Translations under genes and position numbers: made by a program
The notes under the pieces: generated by a model
Databases searched by the model: none
Told to the model about the DNA's origin: nothing
What the model saw: the letters and a program-made list of their open reading frames with translations, nothing else
Shown here: positions 1 to 12,996 of the stretch, piece by piece
How the letters are laid out: every line of letters begins with the position of its first letter
How positions within the stretch are numbered: position 1 is the stretch's first letter
IMG/VR virus record: IMGVR_UViG_2690316153_000005
Origin: a virus
Lineage: Duplodnaviria > Heunggongvirae > Uroviricota > Caudoviricetes
DNA: 16,076 nucleotides
Strand: one strand, 5' to 3'

Positions 1-2150
1 GATGCGCCGCCACCAACAGCCCCGCCAATGGCGCTGCCGATACTCCCGACAATCCCCACCATTGCCTGCTTAAGCAGAATTTCTGTCATCATGGACAGCA
101 CGGAACGGGTGAAGCTGCGCCAGTTCTGCTCACTGCCGGTCAGCATCGCCGCCATATTCTGTGCAATACCATCAAAGGTCTGCGTGGCTGCACTTTTTAC
201 CTGCGACATACTGTCCGTGGCGCTCTCTTCCCACTCACTCCAGCCGGACTTCAGGCCTGCCATCCAGTTCCCGCGAAGCTGGTCTTCAGCCGCCCAGGTC
301 TTTTTCTGCTCTGACATGACGTTATTCAGCGCCAGCGGATTATCGCCATACTGTTCCTTCAGGCGCTGTTCCGTGGCTTCCCGTTCTGCCTGCCGGTCAG
401 TCAGCCCCCGGCTTTTCGCATCAATGGCGGCCCGTTTTGCCCGTTGCTGCTGTGCGAATTTATCCGCCTGCTGCGCCAGCGCGTTCAGGCGCTCCTGATA
501 CGTAACCTTGTCGCCAAGTGCAGCCAGCTGGCGTTTGTACTCCAGCGTCTCATCTTTATGCGCCAGCAGGGATTTCTCCTGTGCAGACAGCTGGCGACGT
601 TGCGCCGCCTCCTCCAGTACCGCGAACTGACTCTCCGCCTTCCACAAATCCCGGCGCTGCTGGCTGATTTTCTCATTTGCTCCGGCATGCTTCTCCAGCG
701 TCCGGAGTTCTGCCTGAAGCGTCAGCAGGGCAGCATGAGCACTGTCTTCCTGACGATCGCCCGCAGACACCTTCACGCCGGACTGTTTCGGCTTTTTCAG
801 CGTCGCTTCATAATCCTTTTTCGCCGCCGCCATCAGCGTGTTGTAATCCGCCTGCAGGATTTTCCCGTCTTTCAGTGCCTTGTTCAGTTCTTCCTGACGG
901 GCGGTATATTTCTCCAGCGGCGTCTGCAGCCGTTCGTAAGCCTTCTGCGCCTCTTCGGTATATTTCAGCCGTGACGCTTCGGTATCGCTCTGCTGCTGCG
1001 CATTTTTGTCCTGTTGAGTCTGCTGCTCAGCCTTCTTTCGGGCGGCTTCAAGCGCAAGACGGGCCTTTTCACGATCATCCCAGTAACGCGCCCGCGCTTC
1101 ATCGTTAACAAAATAATCATCCTTGCGCAGATTCCAGATGTCGTCTGCTTTCTTAAACGCAGCCTCTGCCTTAATCAGCATCTCCTGCGCGGTATCAGGA
1201 CGACCGATATCCAGCACCGCATCCCACATGGATTTGAATGCCCGCGCAGTCCTGTCTGCCCAGGTCTCCAGCGTGCCCATGTTCTCTTTCAGGCGGCGGG
1301 TCTGGTCATCAAACCCTTTCGTTGCGGCCTCGTTCGCCGCCTGCAATGCCCCGGCTTCATCGCCGGAACGCTGCAACTGAGCAACATACGCAATCTGCTC
1401 CGTCGTCACGTTATGGAACTGGCGTGCCATCGCCGTCAGCCCCGACGTCGGGTCTGTGGTCAGCTTCCCGAAGGCTTCAGCGACCTTGTCCACCTCCACG
1501 CCGGATGCAGAGGAGAAACGCGCCACACTCTGGCTGATGGACGCAATCTGAGCCTCACCGCTTACCCCCGCCTTAACCAGTGCGCTGAGTGACTCGCTGG
1601 TCTGGTTAAACGTCAGCCCTGCCGCCTGCCCGGCTCTGGACAGGACCAGCATACGATCTGCCGTCAGTCCCGCCTGATTGCCGGAAAGGACCAGCGTTTT
1701 GTTGAAATCGGACAGGGTTGAGTTGCCCTGATACCAGGCATACGCCAGCGCACCGGTCGCCACCGCCAGCGAGGTGGCCCCCACCATCGGCAGGGTGATC
1801 GCACCGGCAAGCCCCCTGAACATGGGGATCATCCCGCCGAAGGAGTCCTTCACCTGCCCCCCCTGTTGCAGCAGGATCAGCCACGGACTTTGCCCGCCTG
1901 CAAGCTGCGTGGCCACGTCGGTGAACTGTGCAGGCAGCATACGCATGGCGGCTTTATACTGCCCGACGGAAATCCCCGCTTTCTGTGCAGCCAGCGCCTG
2001 TCGGCTCAGCGACTGTTCAACGACTGCCGCTGTTTTTTTCGCATCACTTTCCGTACCGGAAAAATGACGCCTGACTCTGGCCATCTGCTCGTCAAATCTG
2101 GCCGCATCCAGACTCAAATCAACGACCAGATCGCCTACCGGTTCAGCCAT
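1..2150 (-). CDS. H: Tail tape measure protein (lambda gpH-like), 5' part only; the 3' end lies beyond the window start
   Basis: Reverse-complement translation starts MAEPVGDLVVDLSLDAA at the ATG at 2150..2148, and near the window start reads ...KQAMVGIVGSIGSAIGGAVGGGAS, both matching my recollection of lambda gpH. The frame appears open across the whole stretch: the ORF track shows no minus-strand fragments in this frame, as expected for an ORF with no stop inside the window. Plus-strand ORFs 28..2240 are antisense artefacts. Confidence 0.85.
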   Translation of the reverse strand, partial: MAEPVGDLVVDLSLDAARFDEQMARVRRHFSGTESDAKKTAAVVEQSLSRQALAAQKAGISVGQYKAAMRMLPAQFTDVATQLAGGQSPWLILLQQGGQVKDSFGGMIPMFRGLAGAITLPMVGATSLAVATGALAYAWYQGNSTLSDFNKTLVLSGNQAGLTADRMLVLSRAGQAAGLTFNQTSESLSALVKAGVSGEAQIASISQSVARFSSASGVEVDKVAEAFGKLTTDPTSGLTAMARQFHNVTTEQIAYVAQLQRSGDEAGALQAANEAATKGFDDQTRRLKENMGTLETWADRTARAFKSMWDAVLDIGRPDTAQEMLIKAEAAFKKADDIWNLRKDDYFVNDEARARYWDDREKARLALEAARKKAEQQTQQDKNAQQQSDTEASRLKYTEEAQKAYERLQTPLEKYTARQEELNKALKDGKILQADYNTLMAAAKKDYEATLKKPKQSGVKVSAGDRQEDSAHAALLTLQAELRTLEKHAGANEKISQQRRDLWKAESQFAVLEEAAQRRQLSAQEKSLLAHKDETLEYKRQLAALGDKVTYQERLNALAQQADKFAQQQRAKRAAIDAKSRGLTDRQAEREATEQRLKEQYGDNPLALNNVMSEQKKTWAAEDQLRGNWMAGLKSGWSEWEESATDSMSQVKSAATQTFDGIAQNMAAMLTGSEQNWRSFTRSVLSMMTEILLKQAMVGIVGSIGSAIGGAVGGGA

Positions 2151-2981
2151 ACCGGACTCCTCCTGCGATCCCTTCTGATACTGTCATCAGCATTACGTCA
2201 TCCTCTGTCATGTCCGCCACATCCGGGGAAGCGGGGATAACTTCATTCCCGTCCGGGCCAAAGCGGACACCTCCGGCAAGCCCTGCCGCTTTCTGCATCA
2301 GCACATCATCTTCAGGCTCTTCGTCAGCCTCGCGCCGGTTCAGCAGACTGAAATCCAGCGGATGCATATCCGGATCGCTGAAAAACAGGCTGAGCACGGT
2401 GTACGTCAGCCCGGAAAAGTGCATATCCAGCAGAACATCATGAAAATAATGGGTACTGTAAAAGCGGTGCCAGTCGGCATACTCCGTGGATGACATCCCG
2501 GCAAGCATGGCACGCCAGTCGGGTCGCCCCATCTCACGCGCCAGTTTCAGGGCAAAACTCAGCTCACCGTCGAACACTTTCCCGCAGAAACAGGCTCTGC
2601 GGGCCCGGCGACCTCTGTCTGTTCAGGGGCATTATTCACCACAAACTCATACATACCAGACAGCCGGTACACCACGTTTTCAGCATGAGAAATTGCCTCC
2701 GTGGGCCAGGTGGTAAGCACTTCCTGCTCAATCTGTTTAACGGCTTCATTCATGGACGGCATCTGCGTCTTCTGCGGATGGTTATGCCACAGGGACATCG
2801 CCACCAGAAACGCGCCGGTTCTGATGGCGTCTTCCACAGTAAACTTCCGGTTGCTGTCTGACTCCGCCTGTTCTGCCTGCCGTTTCATCAGGGCGAGATG
2901 CTCAATGCGCTGCAGGGCTGACAGTTCAGAAAGCGTGACGGTCACACCGTTATGTTCAAATGATTCGGTTTTCAGGAACAT
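2143..2981 (-). CDS. T: Tail assembly chaperone G-T fusion made by programmed -1 ribosomal frameshift (lambda gpGT-like)
   Basis: The G frame (2559..2981) and the T frame (2143..2577 in the ORF track) overlap at a slippery heptamer G GGA AAG (minus strand, plus coordinates 2583..2577). The heptamer sits in the G zero frame and the T frame is -1 relative to it. This arrangement is canonical for lambda G/GT. Confidence 0.8.
2559..2981 (-). CDS. G: Tail assembly chaperone G (lambda gpG-like), 140 aa
   Basis: ORF track protein MFLKTESFEHNGVTVTLSELSALQRIEHLALMKRQAEQ... matches recalled lambda gpG; position between V and T/H. Confidence 0.9.
   Translation of the reverse strand: MFLKTESFEHNGVTVTLSELSALQRIEHLALMKRQAEQAESDSNRKFTVEDAIRTGAFLVAMSLWHNHPQKTQMPSMNEAVKQIEQEVLTTWPTEAISHAENVVYRLSGMYEFVVNNAPEQTEVAGPAEPVSAGKCSTVS
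2577..2583 (-). other. Slippery heptanucleotide GGGAAAG for the G to G-T -1 frameshift
   Basis: Plus strand ctttccc at 2577..2583 is the reverse complement of GGGAAAG; it lies 6 codons before the G stop with the T frame open in -1. Confidence 0.75.
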
Positions 2982-2996
2982 CGCTGACTCTCCGGA

Positions 2997-3806
2997 TTAA
3001 CTGGCGGTGACGGTAATTTCTGCAACCGCAGCAAACTCACCATTACCGGATACAACCGGAATGTTGACCTTGCCTGCAGCAACGCCGTTCACGGTGATGG
3101 TCATACCACTGACCGACACGGTGGCTTTTGTTTTATCCGCAGACACCGCACGAAAGCTCTTGTCGGTTACGCCCTCCGGCTGGAAGGCCACGGTCAGCGT
3201 GGTGCTCTGCCCTTTCACCACCGAGGTGCTGGAAGGCGTCACGGTCATGCCGGTTGCCGCTGTTACCGTGCTGCTCTGCCCTTTCACCACCGAGGTGCTG
3301 GAAGGCGTCACGGTCATGCCGGTTGCCGCTGTTACCGTGCTGCGATCTTCTGCCATCGACGGACGTCCCACATTGGTGACTTTCACCGTGCGGGTGATCA
3401 CTTCCTTCGCCGTCACCGCCTTACCGATACTGCTGACCCAGCCACGGAACACATCGACCGTGCCGTTCGGGAAGCGGATTTTATAGGCACGGGTATCGCC
3501 TTCATTAAACCACGCCAGCAGCGCCTGCTGCCCCTGCTCTCCGGGCATCCACGCCAGCGTGAAGCTGGTATCTCCGGCAGATTTCTGCCCCTGCCCGGTC
3601 GCAGTCCAGTCTGCATCTTCATCATCGAGATAGCTGTCGTCATAGGACTCAGCGGTCAGTTCGCCGGGCGTCAGGTCTTTAACTTTTGCCAGACGCGACC
3701 AGTCAACGTCTGAAAGCGGATTCGCATAAGGGTCACCGCTCCCCTTATAAACCCACAGGGTGGTCCCGGCACCTTTCACCGGCATTGTAGGATTTGGTAC
3801 AGGCAT
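2997..3806 (-). CDS. V: Major tail tube protein V (lambda gpV-like) carrying an internal 23-aa tandem duplication (269 aa versus 246 aa recalled for lambda)
   Basis: ORF track ORF 2997..3836; the lambda-like start [24 protein letters not shown] is at 3806. The protein contains [23 protein letters not shown] twice in tandem. Confidence 0.9.
   Translation of the reverse strand: MPVPNPTMPVKGAGTTLWVYKGSGDPYANPLSDVDWSRLAKVKDLTPGELTAESYDDSYLDDEDADWTATGQGQKSAGDTSFTLAWMPGEQGQQALLAWFNEGDTRAYKIRFPNGTVDVFRGWVSSIGKAVTAKEVITRTVKVTNVGRPSMAEDRSTVTAATGMTVTPSSTSVVKGQSSTVTAATGMTVTPSSTSVVKGQSTTLTVAFQPEGVTDKSFRAVSADKTKATVSVSGMTITVNGVAAGKVNIPVVSGNGEFAAVAEITVTAS
3203..3343. repeat. Perfect direct tandem repeat, 2 x 69 bp (with 3 bp more), in frame inside gene V
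   Basis: Plus strand 3203..3271 is identical to 3272..3340; the match breaks at 3202/3271 and 3275/3344. Period 69 bp equals 23 codons. Confidence 0.9.
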
Positions 3807-3813
3807 AGCGTCC

Positions 3814-4209
3814 TCACATTTCATAGGTAATGACATAAGTCAGATCGGCTGAACTCCACAGGCCCGCATCATCGTCGCGCCGGTAGTCATAGCCACTGGC
3901 CACCATACTGGTGATCAAATCTGACAGTGCCGGGATATCGCTCATCACCGGATAAATCCGGGACTCCATCCACGCATCCAGCTCTGAATCCGGCACCTGA
4001 GCAGGCAGGAAAACTTCGATATGCAGCTCCGCCTGCCAGGTATCGCTGTCCAGCTCTTCGCCCGTGTATTCAGCGCCGGTGAGATAAACGGCAACTGCCG
4101 GAAAATCCGCCTCATCAAAAACAGCGGGGCGACCATCAAAAAACGTCGCCCCGGTGTCATGCTTCTCCAGTGCATCCAGTACGGCTGCACGGAGTTCAGT
4201 ATGTTTCAT
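3814..4209 (-). CDS. U: Tail terminator protein U (lambda gpU-like), 131 aa
   Basis: [52 protein letters not shown]... matches recalled lambda gpU; synteny Z-U-V. Confidence 0.9.
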   Translation of the reverse strand: MKHTELRAAVLDALEKHDTGATFFDGRPAVFDEADFPAVAVYLTGAEYTGEELDSDTWQAELHIEVFLPAQVPDSELDAWMESRIYPVMSDIPALSDLITSMVASGYDYRRDDDAGLWSSADLTYVITYEM

Positions 4210-4784
4210 CGCTTTATTACCATCCTCAGTTGATGCTGCAGCGCATAGCCCAGCTCTTTCGGAAGACGTTCACGCCGTATCCGCTCAATATTTTGTTTAA
4301 ACGCCGTGGTCAGCGGCACCGCCATCGGGATTTTCACCACATCAATGGGGTAACGGTTTTTCCCGGCCACACGCTGCATGACATGCCACCGGCCATTTTT
4401 CAGTTGCTGAATAAACGCGCCGGGAATACGACGGTTACCCACCACAAGCACGCTGCCGCCACCTTTCAGGGATGAACGCTGCCCCTTTTTACGACGCCTG
4501 CGGCGCGAAAGGACAACCCGCGCATTACCCAGCTTGATTACGGGCAAATCCCCCCGGTTAACTTTGATTCTGGCCTGCGGATTTTTGACCGTGGCCCTTT
4601 TCAGCCTGGCCCTTTCCTTTACCAGTTTCCGGCGTACCTTTGTCTCACGGGCAACCTGTGACGCCGACTGCGATATCGCGGATGAAGCAACGCGGTTAAT
4701 GGCCATTGCGGCGGCACCAGGCACCGCCGTTTTGCTGATACGGCTGAGGTTTTCAACGGCCTGCTCAAGACCTTTTATGGCCAT
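4206..4784 (-). CDS. Z: Tail completion protein Z (lambda gpZ-like), 192 aa
   Basis: MAIKGLEQAVENLSRISKTAVPGAAAMAINRVASSAISQ... matches recalled lambda gpZ; 4-nt overlap with the U start. Confidence 0.9.
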   Translation of the reverse strand: MAIKGLEQAVENLSRISKTAVPGAAAMAINRVASSAISQSASQVARETKVRRKLVKERARLKRATVKNPQARIKVNRGDLPVIKLGNARVVLSRRRRRKKGQRSSLKGGGSVLVVGNRRIPGAFIQQLKNGRWHVMQRVAGKNRYPIDVVKIPMAVPLTTAFKQNIERIRRERLPKELGYALQHQLRMVIKR

Positions 4785-4795
4785 ACATCCCCCTT

Positions 4796-5149
4796 TCAGC
4801 GGCGACGGTTAACGGCAGGCGGTACGCCCCGTCCAAGCCAGAGATGACAACTTCCGCCATCATCCGGCGAAACCCGATCTACCCAGAAATTTTCCTCACC
4901 GATGGTCAGCGTGTCTCCACGCCGCAGCTGCCGCACCTCATCAGTCCGGACAAACAGGGACGGGCTGGAGCCTTCAACGCGCACGCCCTGTCCGGCATAG
5001 CTGATATTTTCAGGGTCATCAAAAACACCACGTATCACCGCACCTGACTGCTCACCGGATGTAATGGTGGCTGACGTTCCCATGTACCCGCGTATCGTTT
5101 CATCGGCGCGGGCAATGGCAGCATCGAACAGGTTATCGAAATCAGCCAC
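4796..5149 (-). CDS. FII: Head-tail joining protein FII (lambda gpFII-like), 117 aa
   Basis: MADFDNLFDAAIARADETIRGYMGTSATITSGEQSGAVIRGVFDDPENISYAGQ... matches recalled lambda gpFII. Confidence 0.9.
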   Translation of the reverse strand: MADFDNLFDAAIARADETIRGYMGTSATITSGEQSGAVIRGVFDDPENISYAGQGVRVEGSSPSLFVRTDEVRQLRRGDTLTIGEENFWVDRVSPDDGGSCHLWLGRGVPPAVNRRR

Positions 5150-5160
5150 AGCGCCTCCCG

Positions 5161-5559
5161 TTATTGCATTCTGGCCAGGCCGCGCTCTGTCATTTCGGCT
5201 GCCACACCGGCAGAGACACGAAACGCCGTTCCCGGCAGCACAAATGCCACAGGTTCATCCCGCGTGGCGTGAAGTGCATCAGTATGCAGCTTCACCAGTG
5301 CCACGACCGTGACCAGTTCAGACGTATCCAGAATCACGGTATCCGGCTGCGCTGATCCCACCTCATTTTCATGTCCGGTCAGCACATTTTCCCGGCTGAG
5401 AGGGGTGTCCTGACCGGCAGTTTCATCCGTGTCATCAAGCTCCTCTTCCAGCTCTGCCACACGGAGCGCCAGTTCTTCTTTCGTCCCCGTCAGGCTGACA
5501 TCACGGTTCAGTTGTTCACCCAGCGAGCGGAGACGGGCAATCAGTTCATCTTTCGTCAT
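5161..5559 (-). CDS. FI: DNA packaging protein FI (lambda gpFI-like), 132 aa
   Basis: ORF track ORF 5161..5598; the lambda-like start MTKDELIARLRSLGEQLNRDVSLTGTKEELALRVAELEEELDDTDE is at the internal ATG at 5559. Confidence 0.85.
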   Translation of the reverse strand: MTKDELIARLRSLGEQLNRDVSLTGTKEELALRVAELEEELDDTDETAGQDTPLSRENVLTGHENEVGSAQPDTVILDTSELVTVVALVKLHTDALHATRDEPVAFVLPGTAFRVSAGVAAEMTERGLARMQ

Positions 5560-5600
5560 GGACTCCTCCACAGAGAAACAATGGCCCCGAAGGGCCATGA

Positions 5601-6626
5601 TTACGCCAGTTGTACGGACACGAACTCATCAGGGTCAGCCAGCAGCATCAGCGGTGCTGACTGAATCATGGTGAACTCACGCGCCGGATCGCCGGTGGTC
5701 ACCCAGTTTTTCGGGTAACGGGCAGAGGCGTTAATGCCTTCGCGCTGTGCGTCCGCATCCTGAATGCAGCCATAGGTGCGCAGACCGCGTGCCTGAGTGT
5801 TCCCCAGCACCATCGTGTTGTCCGGCAGGAAGTTCTTTTTGACGCCGTTTTCCACGTACTGTCCGGAATACACGACGATGGCCACATCGCCATACATCCC
5901 CTTATAGGACACCGCTTTACCTAGGTCTTTCACCGCTGTCTCCAGCTCGGAATTAGAGCCACGACGGGTATCCAGCTTCTCCTTGACGGCTTTGAAGGAA
6001 CGGAACAGCGCCCAGCCTTTCGGATCGAACACGATGATATTCACCACACCGCTGGCGTTCAGCGCGTAGGCTTCGATATCGTCGGTCGGGTCATACGTGG
6101 ACTTGTCACGCTTGCTCCACTCCGTGCCGCCGGACTGCGTGATGTTATTCTCCTCACTGCGGCCCATATCCACCTCAACCGGATCGAAGGCTTCACCGGT
6201 CATGGTGTATTTGCCCTTAAGCACGGCAGAAACTGCCTGCATCTCTTCGACCTGAGCAATGGCCAGCTCTTCGTCACGCATGTTCTGCATGATGATGCGA
6301 CGGCGGCGGTAAGCCGGGTCCGCCAGATTCTGCGGATCTTCATCCGGCAGGCGACGCAGGGTCATCTGCGGATTCACTTCATGCTTCGGCTTGACATATC
6401 CCGGCGTAAATTCAGAGGTGGAGCCGCCACGGGAACGGATAACCTCACCGGAAACAATCGGCGAAACGTACAGCGCCATGTTTACCAGTCCCGGAATTTG
6501 TGAGAGATAGACTTTCTCCGTGGTGAAGGGATAGCTCTCACGGAAAAAGAGACGCAGAAACAGCGGATCAAACTTAAATTTCTGCTCATTTGCCGCCAGC
6601 AGTTGGGCGGTTGTGTACATCGACAT
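5601..6626 (-). CDS. E: Major capsid protein E (lambda gpE-like), 341 aa
   Basis: ORF track ORF 5601..6653; the lambda-like start MSMYTTAQLLAANEQKFKFDPLFLRLFFRESYPFTTEKVYLSQIPGLVNMALYVSP is at 6626. Confidence 0.9.
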   Translation of the reverse strand: MSMYTTAQLLAANEQKFKFDPLFLRLFFRESYPFTTEKVYLSQIPGLVNMALYVSPIVSGEVIRSRGGSTSEFTPGYVKPKHEVNPQMTLRRLPDEDPQNLADPAYRRRRIIMQNMRDEELAIAQVEEMQAVSAVLKGKYTMTGEAFDPVEVDMGRSEENNITQSGGTEWSKRDKSTYDPTDDIEAYALNASGVVNIIVFDPKGWALFRSFKAVKEKLDTRRGSNSELETAVKDLGKAVSYKGMYGDVAIVVYSGQYVENGVKKNFLPDNTMVLGNTQARGLRTYGCIQDADAQREGINASARYPKNWVTTGDPAREFTMIQSAPLMLLADPDEFVSVQLA

Positions 6627-6681
6627 AAAAAAATCCCGTAAAAAAAGCCGCACAGGCGGCCTTTAGTGATGAAGGGTAAAG

Positions 6682-7014
6682 TTAAACGATGCTGATTGCC
6701 GTTCCGGCAAACGCGGTCCGTTTTTTCGTCTCGTCGCTGGCAGCCTCCGGCCAGAGCACATCCTCATAACGGAACGTGCCGGACTTGTAGAACGTCAGCG
6801 TGGTGCTGGTCTGGTCAGCAGCAACCGCAAGAATGCCAACGGCAGCACCGTCGGTGGTGCCATCCCACGCAACCAGCTTACGGCTGGAGGTGTCCAGCAT
6901 CAGCGGGGTCATTGCAGGCGCTTTCGCACTCAATCCGCCGGGCGCGGTTGCGGTATGAGCCGGGTCACTGTTGCCCTGCGGCTGGTAATGGGTAAAGGTT
7001 TCTTTGCTCGTCAT
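6682..7014 (-). CDS. D: Capsid decoration protein D (lambda gpD-like), 110 aa
   Basis: ORF track ORF 6682..7020; the lambda-like start [27 protein letters not shown] is at 7014. Confidence 0.9.
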
Positions 7015-7023
7015 AAACATCCC

Positions 7024-7419
7024 TTACACTGGTGTGTTCAGCAAATCGTTAACGGCATCAGATGCCGGGTTACCTGCAGCCAGCGGTGCCGGTGCCCCCT
7101 GCATCAGACGATCCAGCGCAGTGTCACTGCGCGCCTGTGCACTCTGTGGTGCTGCGGCCAGAATGCGGCGGGCCGTTTTCACGGTCATACCGGGGGTTTC
7201 TGCCAGCACGCGTGCCTGTTCTTCGCGTCCGTGAGCCTCCTCACAGTTGAGGATCCCCATAATGCGGCTGTTTTCTGCCGCAACCGCTGCGGTGATCTGC
7301 GCGTTCACGTCCGGCTGCGCCGCGCTGGCGTTCTCGCCCTCCGTCGCTGGCACCACGTCAGTAACGTCAGCCTGCGAAGCAGTGGCTGAAACAGTTGTTG
7401 ATTGAGTCTCTTTGGTCAT
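7024..7419 (-). CDS. Nu3: Scaffolding protein Nu3, in-frame internal start within the 3' third of C (131 aa)
   Basis: Internal ATG at 7419..7417 begins MTKETQSTTVSATASQADVTDVVPATEGENASAAQPDVNAQ... and shares the stop with C; known lambda C/Nu3 nested arrangement. Confidence 0.75.
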   Translation of the reverse strand: MTKETQSTTVSATASQADVTDVVPATEGENASAAQPDVNAQITAAVAAENSRIMGILNCEEAHGREEQARVLAETPGMTVKTARRILAAAPQSAQARSDTALDRLMQGAPAPLAAGNPASDAVNDLLNTPV

Positions 7420-8323
7420 TCGCCCTCCTGAGAGACGGGATTTACGTGCATCCAGTGCATCACGCATGACGGTGATCGCATCGGTGCTGTTAACAAGTTC
7501 ATCAGCCAGTCCGGCATCAATGGCCTCCTGACCGCTGTACACTGCAGCCTCGGTATCCAGCACAGCCTGCACGGACAGGCCGGTATATGCCGACACCTTC
7601 TGCGCAAACATCCGGCGGGTTGCGTCCATCCGGGACTGCAGTGTCTCCCGGACGTCATCCGGAAGATGGCTGTAGGGGTTGCCATCCACCTTATGGCTGC
7701 CGCTGTAAATCAGCGTGATTTCCACACCCTGTTTCTCCAGCGCAGCACCGTAATTACTGTGAGCCATCATGACGCCGATGGAGCCTGTCCGGGCGGTCTG
7801 CGTGACCAGACGCCGGGAGGCGGCACTGGCAAGCAACTGACCTGCACTGCAGTTCATGTCGTTGGCAAGCGCCCATACCGGTTTTATGTCACGCACACGG
7901 GCGATGATGTCAGCGCAGTCAAATGCCCCCGCCACCATCCCGCCGGGCGTGTCCATATCGAGCAGAATGCCGTCCACCATCGGATCGCTGGCAGCCTGTT
8001 GCAGACGGGCGATAATGCCGTTGTAACCGGTCATCCCCGAGTACGGCTGCAGCGCCCGCGTCCGGCTGACCAGCGTGCCGGACACCGGCAGCACGGCGAT
8101 GCCGTTCATGACCTGATAACTGCGGGCCTGTCGTGGTCCGTCATCATCACCGGATAATGCCAGCGTCGCGAGTGCCTCCTGGGCAGTCAGGCTGTCGCCG
8201 GACACCGCATCCGTCAGGCGGCTGATCCCAAGCTGGCCTGCAAGCGCACAAAAGAAAACCCGCGCATAGGCGGGTTCAAGCATCAGCGGCTCATTAAAGG
8301 CCATGCTGGCAATATGCGGGAGA

Positions 8324-8343
<20 letters not shown>
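7024..8343 (-). CDS. C: Head maturation protease / scaffold protein C (lambda gpC-like), 439 aa, GTG start
   Basis: ORF track ORF 7024..8478 contains (V)TAELRNLPHIASMAFNEPLMLEPAYARVFF, the lambda gpC N-terminus. The start is the GTG at 8343..8341, preceded by GGAGGAG (reverse complement of plus 8347..8359). It overlaps the 3' end of B. Confidence 0.85.
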
Positions 8344-12024
<3,681 letters not shown>

Positions 12025-12050
<26 letters not shown>

Positions 12051-12570
12051 TCAGCAACCCCGGTATCAGTTCATCCAGCGCGGCTGCTTTGTTCATGGCT
12101 TTGATGATATCCCGTTTCAGGAAATCAACATGTCGGTTTTCCAGTTCCGGAAAACGCCGCTGCACCGACAGGGGGAGCCCGTCGAGAATACTGGCAATTT
12201 CACCTGCGATCCGCGACAACACGAAAGTACAGAATGCGGTTTCCACCACTTCAGCGGAGTCTCTGGCATTCTTCAGTTCCTGTGCGTCGGCCTGCGCACG
12301 CGTAAGTCGATGGCGTTCGTACTCAATAGTTCCTGGCTGGAGATCTGCCTCGCTGGCCTGCCGCAGTTCTTCAACCTCCCGGCGCAGCTTTTCGTTCTCA
12401 ATTTCAGCATCCCTTTCGGCATACCATTTTATGACGGCGGCAGAGTCATAAAGCACCTCATTACCCTTGCCACCGCCTCGCAGAACGGGCATTCCCTGTT
12501 CCTGCCAGTTCTGAATGGTACGGATACTCGCACCGAAAATGTCAGCCAGCTGCTTTTTGTTGACTTCCAT
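12025..12570 (-). CDS. Nu1: Terminase small subunit Nu1 (lambda gpNu1-like), 181 aa
   Basis: MEVNKKQLADIFGASIRTIQNWQEQGMPVLRGGGKGNEVLYDSAAVIKWYAERDAEIENEKLRREVEELRQASEADLQ... matches recalled lambda Nu1 (winged-helix DNA-binding N-terminus). Confidence 0.92.
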
Positions 12571-12790
12571 TGTTCATTCCACGGCCAAAAACAGAGAAAG
12601 GAAACGACAAAGGCCCAAAAGTTCGTTTTCAGCACCTGTCGTTTCCTTTCTTTTCAGGGGGTATTTTAAATAAAAACATTAAGTTACGACGAAGAAGAAC
12701 GGAAACGCCTTAAACCGGAAAATTTTCATAAATAGCGAAAACCCGCGAGGTCGCCGCCCCGTAGCCTGCCGGATCGCCGGAAAGGACCCA
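12571..12790 (-). promoter_or_regulatory. cos packaging site region: cosB (Nu1/IHF binding) between the Nu1 start and cosN, cosN at 12748..12759, and the cosQ side to the right
   Basis: Plus strand 12748..12759 aggtcgccgccc is the reverse complement of the lambda 12-nt cohesive end GGGCGGCGACCT. Flanking sequence on both sides closely resembles the recalled lambda left end (reverse complement of 12661..12747) and right end (12760..12789 cgtagcctgccggatcgccggaaaggaccc). Confidence 0.8.
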
Positions 12791-12815
12791 ATAAATGATA
12801 ATAATTATCATTTAT
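12791..12815. promoter_or_regulatory. Perfect 25-bp palindrome ATAAATGATAAT-A-ATTATCATTTAT, Fur-box-like
   Basis: Read directly: 12791..12802 is the reverse complement of 12804..12815 around a central A at 12803. The core TGATAATAATTATCA fits the 7-1-7 Fur-box inverted repeat TGATAATnATTATCA. Confidence 0.5.
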
Positions 12816-12996
12816 ATAAATACCATCACACATCCCACGTACACCATAAAACCACGACAAATAATCAATTTTGTCCAAGTCATGCATTAATTGATCTGTG
12901 TCAACTTAACGTAAAGACATCTTAAGACAATACAAATCAGCAGCACTGAACACGGAAAAACACAATGTCATCAAAAAATAAAGCTTCCCAAACCAG

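Noticed and set aside
28-2240. Series of overlapping plus-strand ORFs (28..498, 444..974, 677..1108, 1014..1592, 1866..2240 and others)
   Set aside because: They are antisense to the long open gpH tape-measure frame on the minus strand, and their proteins are Arg/Cys/Ser-rich low-complexity translations typical of wrong-strand reading of GC-rich coding DNA.
3203-3343. Tandem 69-bp repeat considered as a possible CRISPR or minisatellite array
   Set aside because: Only two copies, no spacers, and it is in frame inside gene V; interpreted as an intragenic duplication instead.
7666-8157. 163-aa plus-strand ORF, plus other plus-strand ORFs between 6696 and 10900
   Set aside because: Antisense within C, B, D and A coding regions; compositionally biased translations; the minus-strand genes account for the DNA.
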